From Chiloscyllium plagiosum (taxonomy: Eukaryota), in contig NC_057719.1 of the NCBI RefSeq assembly GCF_004010195.1, positions 45,108,539 to 45,145,707 of the forward strand: DNA of 37,169 bases, read 5' to 3'. Both the position numbers and the translations under genes were made by a program. This document shows, in pieces, positions 12,184-23,390 of the stretch (its first letter is position 1; the number at the start of each line of letters is the position of its first letter). The notes below the pieces were generated by a model. The model was not told where the DNA came from, made no database searches, and saw nothing but the letters and a program-made list of their open reading frames with translations.

Positions 12184-12499
12184 TTTCATTCCAACCAGAG
12201 GCCATTTGGCCCATTAAGTCTGCATTTACCTTCCAAAGACTGGCTCACACAGACAAACCCCCCCCCCCCCCCCAGTTTCCCTGCATTTTGGTATTTTGGA
12301 TGTGCCAAGTTTCATCTAGCCTGATTTTGAAGAGATCGGGCATCAGCTGTTTTAATCATGAACCAATGTCATTTTGAACTAATTTTGCAAATATTTATTG
12401 AATAAATACAACAGTGGACCCTCAGCTGAAATGGGGGAGAAAATGTGTTATTCTGGCTATTTATATATAACTCCTATTAGACAATTAATAAACAATAGT

Positions 12500-12798
12500 C
12501 ACCCTCAGGCAATTGTCTGTGTGGAGTTTGCACATTCTCCCCATGTCTGTGTGGGTTTCCTCCAGGGGCCCCGGTTTCCTCCCACAGTGTAAAGATATGC
12601 AGGTTAGGTGGCTTGACCATTTTAACTTGCCCATAACATCTAGGGATGTGCAGGCCAGGTGGCTTAGCCATGGAAATGCAGGGTTACAGGGAGAGGGTAG
12701 GGGGGTGGGTATAAGTGGGATGCTCTTTGGAGGGTCAGTGTGGACTTTCTGGGCCTAATGGCCTGCTTCCACACTGTAGGGATTCTGTGATTCTATGA
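12500..12798 (+). mobile_element. HE1-like V-SINE, 5' truncated
   Basis: V-domain TGTGGAGTTTGCACATTCTCCCC...; tail GATTCTGTGATTCTATGA. Confidence 0.85.
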
Positions 12799-12979
12799 AT
12801 TAAGGAACAATACTGGGTGCAGCAGAGGAAGCGCAAACCTGAAACAGAGACTAAAAGATTTGAAAATTATTGCCAAATCTAAGGCTGTTTTGTACTTTTT
12901 GTTTCCTGCTTGCAAATGAGCTTTATTTTCATACTGCTTAAATTCCATGCAATAACTGGCCTCTATTGATCTGCTTTAG

Positions 12980-13078
12980 GTTGTATTGAACTAGTTGTCA
13001 GAAGAAGAGGAAACTAAAAACGGATCATAAAGAAACCCAAGCCCTCAGAGAGAACATAATACCACATTGAGTATTTAG
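12980..13078 (+). other. Candidate non-coding (5'UTR) exon of the G-gamma gene
   Basis: Acceptor CTGCTTTAG| (12971-12979), purine-rich 99-nt body with stops in all frames, donor AG|GTACAT (GT at 13079); lies in a stretch with no recognisable repeats. No transcript evidence. Confidence 0.3.
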
Positions 13079-14898
13079 GTACATTTTATTTTCTTCTGAG
13101 TATGGAAAATGTTATAGATATTTAGTTCTGTGGAAAGAATAAGCTTTGGTTGAGTGTGTTATCAAACAAACAGTTGAAATGATCCACACTTACAGAAATG
13201 ATTGCTTTAACAGAGTGGTATGCTTAACTTTCTGATCTATAGAAATTGTACATCTGTATCAGAGATATTAACCAGAAATCATCTGATTTTAGTAGATGAA
13301 GTTTCTTAAATTGTGCTTGGATTTTTTCTTTCTTTTTCTCGTTTGAGCTTTGAATGAGAATTACTGCCCAGTTTAAGTGTGAGGCTGTATTGGTAAAAGA
13401 AGTTTCAGTAATGAATGAAAGTGTGCTGTGATCCCTTAGTTCACTTCAGATACAGGCAAATATGTTGCAAATCCAATTTGGATTCAGCTGATTAAATTTA
13501 CACTTCAAGCAGATTTCAGCTGACTACCCCCTTCTTGAATTTCATTTCAAATTTAGGGCTGATTTTATTCTGAAGTGCATTTGATTACCATTGCTGAATA
13601 TATTGAATAATTTTTAATATTTTTAAATGTCATTTAATGGTAGGAGTATTGTTCGTAATGCAATGTTTTAGATGTAGCTGAGCTAAGAAGGTCATAAACA
13701 ACTTTGACTCGGGGATAATGAATTGAGTAAAACACAAGCATAACAGTACTGGAAAGAGCTGACACAGAGCTTTCAATATTGCAAAAGTCAGCAGGAAATC
13801 TTTTTGCTTTGCACGTTAGAACAAAATACAGGAGACTTACTAAACAAATTAATGAGGCCAAACCAAAGTGATTAAAACTTTTCAGTTAAATAACTATATT
13901 TATATTTACCATTCTGAGTAGTTCCTTAGATAATAACCATTGCCAGGAATAGCTAGTACTTCTCTTCATAGCACGTGGCTTGAAGAAATACTTAGGAAAT
14001 TGCTAGAGTTTCAGAAAGGCTTTTGAAGTCCTCCTTTTGGATGGTCAATGGTAAGGGTTTGTCTTCTCTTTAAAATCAGGCAAAGATGTTGGCAATAACA
14101 GAGTCCTCTGCTAGTAATTTGTCTACACTTTGCTCCTTTTAATATATTAAAATCAGGCAGTTTCAGTTAACAGTATAAATTTCTGTCACACCATGCAGAG
14201 CTTAGGTATGACGATAGAAACAGGGTTAAATGTTAACCATAGAGTTAAGCCGGCAGGGATGGAACTGTTGGATAATTTGCAAATCTTTCCCTTCTCTGAT
14301 ACACTTTATAGATGTAACTGTCTTCATTTTTTGGAGGTCTGGTATCACCACGAATGTTAATGATTATATGGGTGCTGTAAATGACTGATTTTTGTACTAT
14401 GCTGTTCATGCATAAAGCTTAGAATCATTTAATGTAAAAGGATCTGTAACTCTTTTTTTCTTTTTGTTGCAACCTGAACTATTTTCATTAGTGCTGTGGA
14501 GAAAACATCCTAACACACAAAAAAGAAGTAATTGGCAATTGACATTGAGTAAACTGAAATATTTAACATACGTCCAAAAAGAAGGGTTCTAATTTAAGAT
14601 TTCCGATGAAGTGGTTAATTTCTAAAGTCAAAATCCCTGAAAACATGTTTTTGTTAGGGCGCCCATTCCCTCCTTGATAGTCTCCTCCTTAATCGGTATC
14701 TGGTCGGATCCTTCTGGAGAGATGTCCCCACAAGCTCCCACTTGTTGGAGGTAGTATATTTACCTGGATAGAGAATTAGCTCATGTCCAGGAATCAGGGA
14801 ATGAGGATGAGAGGATGAGTGGGTCTTTTTCAAATTGGGCACCTGTAACATATAGTTTTTGAAGGAACTGATTTGCACTATTTCTGTGTGCAACACAA

Positions 14899-15130
14899 AG
14901 GTGGACAGGCAAGTTCCCCTCTAAGCTTGGAAATATATCTCCATTCCTTCACTGTTGCTGAATCAAAGTTCAGGATTTCCCTCCCTAATGGCATTGTGGG
15001 TTAATCCACAGCAGGTAGACTGCAACAGTGCAAGAAGGCAGCTCACCACCACTTTCTCAAGGGTAAGTAGGGATGGGCAATAACTGCTGGCTCATCCAAC
15101 GACACTGGTGTCCCACAAATGAATTAAAAA
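14899..15130 (+). mobile_element. Zenon-like (CR1 superfamily) LINE 3' tail
   Basis: Matches the 3' part of 19715-20318 (TTCCCTCCCTAATGGCATTGTG...AAGAAGGCAGCTCACCACC...A-rich end). Confidence 0.75.
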
Positions 15131-15463
15131 CTACTCAAGATATTGTTCACAAATCACAGAAAGCTAGGTAATCAGGAAGGCTAATAGAATTTTGACCTTT
15201 TCTTTCAAGGGGATTGGAGTATAAGAATAGCAAATTCTTACTGCAACTGTATAAAGTGCTGGGGAGACCACATCTGGAGTCCTGTGAACACTTTTGGTCT
15301 CCTTATTTAAGAAAGGATATTATTGCACTGGAGGCAGTTCAGTAAGGATTAATTTGGATGATCCCTGTTGAGGAGGGATTGTCTTACGAGCAAGGGTTAA
15401 ATAGGTTGTATTGTATACTTTAGAGTTTAGAAAAATGAAAGATGGCGAGATTGAAACATACAG

Positions 15464-15625
15464 AATTGTGGATGTAGGTTTGCTCGCTGAGCTGGAAGGT
15501 TCATTTTCAGATGTTTTGTCAACATACTAGTAACATCTTCAGTGAGCCTCCAGATGAAGCACTGCTGATTATTCCTGCTTTCTATTTATATGTTTGGGTT
15601 TTTTTGGGTTGGTGATGTCCTTTCC
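15464..15625 (-). mobile_element. Penelope-like pseudo-LTR fragment (distinct family) with decayed hammerhead
   Basis: Minus strand CTGAAGA-T-GTTA...TGAC-AAAACATC (15510-15542); AAAACATC is GAAACGTC after two G-to-A (CpG-type) changes. Confidence 0.6.
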
Positions 15626-15765
15626 ATTTCGATTCAGCAACAGTGAAGGAATGGAGATATATTTCCAAGCTTGGAGGAGAACTTGCCTTTCCACCTAACA
15701 ATCATTAACATTAACATTCCATAGTGCTAAGAGGATATTTGCCCTCATAGGAGAGCCAGAGGGCA

Positions 15766-16872
15766 TAAGAACGTACAAACTAGGAGCAGGAATAAGCCTG
15801 CTTCACCATTCAATAAGATCATGGCTGATCTTTTTGTGGACTCTGCTCCACTTACCCGCATTTTCACCATATCCCTTAATTTCTTTATTGTTCAAAAAAT
15901 ATCTAGCTTAGCTTTAAAAACATTTACTGAAGTAGCATCAACTACTTCACTGGGCAGGGAATTCCATAGATTCACAACCCTCTGGGTGAAGATGTTCCTC
16001 CTCAATTCAGTCCTAAATCTGCTCCCCCTAATTTTGAGACTATGCCCTCTTGTCCTAGTTTCACCTGCTAGTGGAAACATCCTCTCCACATCTATCTTCT
16101 CTATTCCCTTCATAATTTCTTATGGTTTCTATCAGATCCCTCATCATCCTTTTAAATTCCAATGAATATAATCTCAGTCTACTGATTCTGTTCTCATTAG
16201 CCAACTCTCTCAACTCCAGAATCAACCAAGTGAACCTCCTCTGCACCCCCTCTAGTGCCAGTACATCCTTTTTCAAGTAAGGAGACCAAAACTGCACACA
16301 GTACATCAGGTGTGACCTCACCAGCACCCTGTGTAGCTGCAACATAACCTCCCTGCTTTTAAACTCAATCCCTTTAGCAATGAAGGACAAAATTCCATTT
16401 CCTTCCTAATTACCTGTTGCACCTGCAAACCAACCCGCCGTGATCCATGCACAAGGACACCCAGGTCTCTCTGTACAGCAGTGTGCTGAATTTCTTACCA
16501 TTCAAGTAATCATCCTTTTTACTGTTATTTCTACCAAAATGGACGACATCACATTTATTAACATTGCATTCCACCTGCCAGACCTTTGCCCACTCACTTA
16601 AACTATGTTCCTCAGTTTCACAGTCCTCTGCACACTTTGCTCCACCACTCATCTTAGTGTCATCTGCAAACTTTGACGCACTACACATGGTCCCCAACTT
16701 CAAATCATTTATGTAAATTGTGAGTAATTGCAGTCCCAACACTGATCCCTAAGGCACACCACTAATTTCTGATTTCCATCTCGAATAGCACTCATTTATC
16801 TCCACTCTTTGCATCCTGCTAGTCAACCAATCCTCTATTCATACTAATACTTCACCTGTAACACCGTGCATC
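15766..16872 (-). mobile_element. CR1-type LINE RT domain plus 3' end
   Basis: ORFs 16410-16742 (IYINDL...SKFADDTKM), 16061-16390 (LVRSHLMYCVQFWSPY) and 15892-16113 (ETRTRGHSLK...TQRVVNLWNSLP) are consecutive frameshifted pieces of ORF2. Confidence 0.92.
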
Positions 16873-18484
16873 GTCTCAGAATAAATGGGCACCAATTTAG
16901 GACTGAGATGAAGAGGAATTTCTTCACTATAAGGATTGAGAGTCTTGGAATTCCTTGCCACAGCAAGCTGTGGGAGTACAGCCTTTGTGTAATATTTAAG
17001 GTTGAGACAGATTCTTGATCAGTAAATGAATCGAGGGTTACAGGGAAATGCAGGAAAGTGGATGTGAGGAAAGTGAATAGGATCCATCATCCTATTTAAT
17101 GGTGGATCAGGCTTGAAGACTGAATGGTGTACTTCTGTTCTTCTGGTTTTACCATCTTTATCTTCTCCTCCCAATACCTTCTAATTCTCTCTCCACTCCT
17201 AAGTACAGTATACTGAAATAATCTTCTAGTTTTATCAAGATATGATTCTTTACCATAATTTCTGTTCAAACATGGTAGATTACACAGATCTGTCTCTTAG
17301 TGGTATGATAATACACTGTGTGAGAAACACAATACTGCTCCTTCCTTAGAAAATAACACTTAGTACAATTTATGATTGGCAATAAACTGGAGGTTTAGTA
17401 AGATTACTTGGGCATCCTGGATGAGAAAGTAGCTGTGGAGAAAAATGAGAGGCTTTTTGCAAAACCGAGAATGGGTGAAAACATTTGATATAGCTCTTAA
17501 TATGTTAATATTAACAACTTAAATAGGGAAATGCTATTTCCTGTGATCAGGGAGGTGGTACTTGTAGGACTCAAAATTAACGCAATCATTAATAAAGAGG
17601 AAAGATCAGAAGAAACATTTATGAGCAGAGCATTTTAGGGTGTGGAACACCCTGTAAAGGTAAAGGCTGAATACATAATATGTTTTTAGAATGGAAGAAA
17701 ATAAATATTTGCAAATGAAAAAAAATCAAAGGATGCAGGGAAGGAGCAGAGAAATGAGGCGAAATAGCTAATATACATTTTCACAAAAAGCTAGAAGAGA
17801 TAAGAGAACTGAAGTGTTTTATTGAGTGCTGTACCTTAAACAATTCTGTTCCTATGTCAGCTTTTTTATGACCCAAGTTAGTGTTGGGCCTGTAATATTC
17901 TTTTTCTACTTGCTGAGGGTTTGAATGTTTCACTAAGAAACTATTAGGTTTTTTTTCAGCACCTGTAAAATCAACAAGAAAACCTCAACATCCTGTTCAT
18001 GCAAATGTGCACATTAGTTTAACAGTGCAACAGTTTTATAGTAATGGGTGTCAGTTTCAATTTAAATAGTTATATCATAGAGATTAAACAATGAAACAAA
18101 GAAAATACACAGGACTTGGCTCACATCTGTTCTTCCCTGTCCTTGAGCACCACTGCAATATAACTATTTGTGCCTTTTAATCTGTTGGCACCCTGACCAA
18201 TGATTTAAATTGTTGAGGAAGCTGATCTGATCCATCTTCTAAACTGCTTCTAAATGCTGCAGTAATTACATAAAGTGAATGTTTTCTGTTCTGATTTGGT
18301 TACAAAAGTCTTGTGCAACAAGGTGTGGAAGCTAACAAATGAAATATTTGCATGCACTTCTTCATTAGATTTTGCAATGGATTAGGAATGGAAAAAAGAT
18401 TTCCTCTGCTCCTCAGTCGAATCAGTCTACTTCAATTTTACTGCAAGAAGCTTGCCCAAATGGTTACCTAGAGAGGATGGTGCC

Positions 18485-19710
18485 AACAATAACTTGCATT
18501 GAAATAGTACCTTTAATACAGCAAAACATCTCCATGCATTTCATAGGGATGTTTCCAAATAAAATTGTCACTGAGCTACATAAGATATTAAGGCAGGTAA
18601 CCAAAAACTTGGTCAAGAGTTTGGTGTCAGGGAATGTCATAAAGGGGGACAGAAAGGCAGCAAACTTTAGGGAGGGAATTCCAGATGTAGGACCTTGGAA
18701 TAGTTACTAATGATGAAGCATTTAATATTGGAATGCTCAAGAGGCCAGACTGAAGTGTGTAAATATCTCAGAATTGTGGGAATGGAAGTATTTAAACTGA
18801 TACGAAGGGACAAGGTCACGAAAGCCATGAAAATATAGATAAGAACTTTAAAATTATGTTGTTGCTTAACTAGGAGCCAACCTAGTGTCAGCAAGTACAG
18901 AAGTGATGGATGAACAGGACTTGGTGTGAGTTAAGAAATGGCCAACAGAGATTTGGATGACCTCAAGTTTACAGAGGATGGAATGTGCAAAGTTGACTTG
19001 GATTGCATTGGGACAGTCAAAGCGAGAGATAACAAAGGCATGGATGAGTGCTTCAGCCAAAGTTGAGCTAGGTGGCTACAGAGTCAGATACTATGTAGCT
19101 AGAAATAGGCGGCCTTGATTTATGGCACAAATATGTGGTTGGAAGCATCTGTCAGGGTCAAATGCATCACCCAGATTGTGAACTGTAAGGTTCTGCCTCA
19201 GAAAGTGCCAGGGAAAAAAAATCAATTCAGCTAAGGAATAGAGTTTGAAGTGGAAACTGAAGACAATAGCTTCAACCTTTGAGGAAATTTCTGTTCACTT
19301 AGTACTCGATGTTAGACAAGCAGTGCCAAATTAAATGCAGTCAGTGGAGGAGTTGAGAGAAGTGGTGGTGTGGCAGAGCAGGGCTGTCATCATTATACTT
19401 CTGGAAACTGATATTGTGTTTTTGGATGATGTTGCCAGTTGGCCGAATGCAGGTGAGAAATGGGAGGAAGCCAGGGATAAATCCTTTGGGACCATCAGAC
19501 ATAACAGAACGTGAATGGGAATTGAAGTCCCTGTGGGTGCTTCTGAGTTCGGTACAGGAGGTATGAATGGAACAAAGAGTGGTTAGTTCCATGCAGCTGT
19601 GTGATGGAGAAGAGACACTGGAGCAAGCCAAAGTGGTCAACCATGCCAATGGCTGCAGCCAGGGCAGCGAGGAGGAGGAGGAAGAAGAATAGTTTATTGT
19701 TGCACAGTAT
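18485..19710 (-). mobile_element. L2-clade LINE, 3' part
   Basis: ORF 18866-19060 AEALIHAFVISRFDCPNA...KLEVIQ...SITSVLAD is L2 ORF2-like; ISFQKYNDD is a decayed YADD; L2-type tail ATTAAAGGTACTAT...TGCAAGTTATTGTT on the minus strand at about 18485-18517. Confidence 0.85.
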
Positions 19711-19714
19711 TTCT

Positions 19715-20318
19715 TGGAGTCACCATATAAATACAATCGCTACAAGAGCAGATCAGAGGCTAGGAATACTGTGGCAAGTAACTCACGTCCCGATTCCTCA
19801 AAGCCTGTCCACCGTCTACGAGGCACAAGTCAGGAGTGTGATTGAATACTCCCCACTTGGCTGGATGAGTGCAGCTCCAACAACAATCAAAAAGCTTGAC
19901 ACCATCCAATACAAAAAATATATGATTGGCATCACACCCACAAGCATCCACTCCCTCCACCACCGACGTTCAGTAGCAGCAGTGTGTACTATCTACAAGA
20001 TGCACTGCAGAAATTCACCAAAGATCCTCAGACAGCACCTTGCAAACCCATGACCACTTCCATCCAGAAAGGCAAGGGCAGCAGATACATAGAATAGCAC
20101 CACCTTCAAGTTTCCTCTAAGCCATGAACCATCCTGACCTGTCACTGGGTCAAAATCCTGGAATTCCCTCCCTAATGGCATTGTGAGTCAACCCACAGTA
20201 GGTGGACTGCAGTAGTTCAAGAAGGCAGCTCACCACCATCTTCTCAAGGGCAACTAGGGATTGCCAATAAATGCTGGCCCCGCCAGTGACACACACATCC
20301 CATAAATGAAAAAAAAAT
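19715..20318 (+). mobile_element. Zenon-like (CR1 superfamily) LINE, 3' part
   Basis: WSHHINTIATRADQRLGIL...STVYEAQVRSVIEYSPLGW...KLDTIQ...SLHHRRSVAAV non-LTR thumb region; ends in an A-tract at about 20309-20317. The clade assignment is tentative. Confidence 0.8.
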
Positions 20319-20668
20319 GTTGGTCAATTAGAAAAGAATTATTTACATAAATATCCTACACAGTGATACAGCAGCAATTCATCAGGGGCTAGGGAGGAAA
20401 CAGCTGCACATGGTGGAATAAGAGGTCAATTGTTTCTTAAAGTTCCAAAAAAAAACAGGAACCAAGTAACTCTATGGATGTTGGGAATAATAAAACAAAC
20501 AGAGCTTATGACCAAACATGGATAAATGAGCAATTCCTTGTATGATGTTCCTGCCCAATTCCCCTTCCACAATCTTCCTGTGTCCGTCTCTGGGAAAATC
20601 CATCCCCAGAATCCTAACTATCTCGCTTTTAATCATAACTTATTCAACCACACCCTTACCTCCATGTT

Positions 20669-22192
20669 TAGAGTCATAGAGCTGTACAGCACGGATACAG
20701 ACCCTTCGGTCCAACTTGTCTGTGCCAACCACATGTCCCAATTGCCAGCATTTGGCCCATATCCCTCCAAACCCTTCTTATTCATATACCCATGCAGATG
20801 CCTTCTAAATATTGTAATCGTACCAGCCTTCACCACTTCCCCCGGCAGCTCATTCCATACACTCGCTACTCTCCACATGGAAAAAGTTGCCCTTAGGTAC
20901 TTTTTAAATCTTTTCCCCCTCACCCTAAACCTAGTTCTGGACTCTCCCAACCCATGGAAACAACCTTGTCTATTTACTCTATCTGTGCCCCTCATGATTT
21001 TATAAACCTCTATAAGGTTACCCCTCAGCCTCCGATGCTCCAGGGAAAACAGCCCCAGCCTATTCAGCTGCTCTGTATAGCTCAAACACTCCAATCCTCA
21101 CAGCATCCTTGTAAATCTTTCTGAACCTTTTCAAGTTTCACAACATCCTTCTGATAGGAAGGAGACCAGAATTGCACACAATATTCCAGAAGTGGCCTAA
21201 CTAATGTCCTGTACAGCCGCAACATGACCTCCCGACTTGTATACTCAATGCTCTGAACCATAAAGGAAAGCATATCAAACACCTTTTTCATTATCCTATC
21301 TACTTGAGACTCCACTTTCAAGGAACTATGAACCTGCACTCCAAGGTCTCTTTGTTCAACAACACTCCCCAGAGTCTTAACATTAATTGTATAAGTCCTG
21401 CTCTGATTTTCCTTTTTGAAATACAGCACCTCACATTTATCTAAATTAAGTTTCATCTGGCACTCCTTGTACCCATTAACCGATCTGTTCAAGGTCCCGT
21501 TGTACTCTGAGGTAACCTCCTTCACTGTCCACTACACGTCCAATTTTGGTGTCATCTACAAACTTACTAACTACACTTCCGATGTTCACATCCAAATCGT
21601 TTTATATTAATGACAAAAAGCAGGACCCAACACCAATCCTTGTGGCACTCCACTGGTCACAGGCCTCCAGTCTGAAAGACACCCTCCACCATTGCCCTCT
21701 GTCTTCTACCTTTTGAGCCAATTCTGTATCCAAATGTGATCTAATCTTACTAACCAGTCTACCATGAGGAATCATGTTGAATAGCTTACTTAAGTCCATA
21801 TGGATCACATGCACCACTCTGTCCTGATTAATCTTCTCATTACTACTTCAAAAAACTGAATCATGTTTGTGAGACATGATTTCCCACACACAAAGCCTTG
21901 TTGACCATCCCTAATCAGTCCTTGCCTTTCCAAATACATGTAAACCCTATCCCTCAGGATTCCCTCCAACAACTTGCTCACCACTGATATCGGGCACACC
22001 AGTCTATATTTCCCTGGCTTTTCCTTACCACCCTTCTTAAATAGTGGCACCATGTTAGCAAATCTCCAGTCTTCTGGCACTTCACCTGTGACTATCGATC
22101 ACATAAATATCTCAGCAAGGGGACCAGCAATCACTTTCTTAGATTCCCAGAGTTCTCGAGTACACCTAATCAGGTTCTGGGGATTTATCCTA
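20669..22192 (-). mobile_element. CR1-type LINE, about 1.5 kb RT-to-3' end pseudo-ORF
   Basis: ORFs 21805-22080, 21602-21817, 21082-21525 and 20633-21094 are successive frameshifted CR1 ORF2 segments; TCTATGACTCTA tail at about 20669-20680 on the minus strand. Confidence 0.93.
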
Positions 22193-22559
22193 CCAATCCC
22201 TAAGGAAATTGATATTAACTTTCACCCTGGCAATTCATTCTGCTCTGGTTATCCTTTCTGTTCACTTAATTCCACAAGGGAAGTAGATAGCTTGATTAGC
22301 CCATCTACTGCCAGATTTGTTCGGGCCACATAAAAGATAGCAGGATCTGGCTTTTGACTACAGAACTTTTCACCATTCCAGAATTGTCCCTGGAATGCAA
22401 AGGCCACCACGGCTTTTTTCTGTGCTGTGAGCTTTCATTTTAAAAGCCTGTCCCCTGTCCTTTCCGACCTCCCCTCCAACAAATGTGAGGAGTTGATGGA
22501 TTTCTTTATTCCTGAGATTGTCACCATCTGTTTCACTTCCTCTGCACTTCCCTCCTTTG

Positions 22560-23085
22560 CACTCGTCCAATGAGTCAAATTTCCTCTTGGGCTGTCATCT
22601 GCTTTCAACCTAAACTCTCAACTTTTCTAATTTCTCTGCAGTTTCTCCTTGCTGTGCTCTCATTACTGCTATGAGCTCATTTTATTTCACTTCCTACTTC
22701 CTCAAGCCTACTCCTGCTAAATTGCTGTCCATTCAACTTACCCTCTTGATCCCCATATTCACTGATATTTTTAATGGTTCTCTCTGTTGGGTGTTTTTCC
22801 TTTTAAGTCTGCTGTCATCAAGCCCCCTCCACAAAAAACACCCCTTAACCCACTGACTTTGCAAACTACCATTCTATCTACAACTCTTTTTCCTTGCAAA
22901 CGTCCTTGAATTGTGTTTTTGTCTTTACAATCTGTGCCCATTTTCCCCAGAACTTTATATTTTTATCTCTCTAATGGTTTCTACCTCAGCTACTGAAACA
23001 GTTATTAGAGTCAAAAATGGTCTCTTGGATTTCTTGACAAAGATAGGTTTTCTTTGCTCATCATTTTCAAACTAACCTGGCTTTA
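22560..23085 (+). mobile_element. L2-clade LINE RT fragment, decayed
   Basis: PTPAKLLSIQLTLLIPIFTDIFNGSL, then in shifted frames FKSAVIKPLHKK...DFANYHSIYN, resembles L2 PIPxKLL...IINxSL...KxAxIxPLLKK...NYRPIS. Confidence 0.65.
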
Positions 23086-23129
23086 GTCTTTGGACCAAAC
23101 GTTCTCCTTCGATGCTTCTAGTCTGATGG

Positions 23130-23390
23130 CTTCCTTTATTGACATAGGTGAAATTAAACATGGACTGGGTGTTCACTTTGTGGGACACCTCTGCTCTGTT
23201 TGTAAGAATGACCTGAACTTTCCAATTGTTACCACTTCAATAAAGCATCTTGCTCCCATGCTTACATTTCCTTCCTTGTAAGCTACTCTGTTCCATTGAA
23301 ACTCAAGCCAGCTGGAGGGTTTATACCTTATTTTCTGCTTTGGCATGTTACAGCCTCCAGAACTTATCATTGAGTTCAACCTCTTCTGAG
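23130..23390 (+). mobile_element. Penelope-like element GIY-YIG endonuclease remnant
   Basis: IGEIKHGLGVHFVGHL (YIGET..RL..RF..H-like) and SQLEGLYLIFCFGMLQPPELIIEFN, which is homologous to the C-terminus at 31002-31100. Confidence 0.7.

Larger units (their letters stand above)
15140..17160 (+). mobile_element. CR1-type LINE 3' part, split by nested insertions
   Basis: CR1 sequence at about 15140-15465 resumes at about 15722-15768 (...GAGGGCATA) and again at 16873 (GTCTCAGAATAA...), in register with CR1 ORF2. Confidence 0.75.

Noticed and set aside
19341..19736. 131-aa ORF with a poly-Ser tract
   Set aside because: It lies within a decayed L2 element, and the Ser run comes from a GGA/GAA microsatellite at about 19669-19689.
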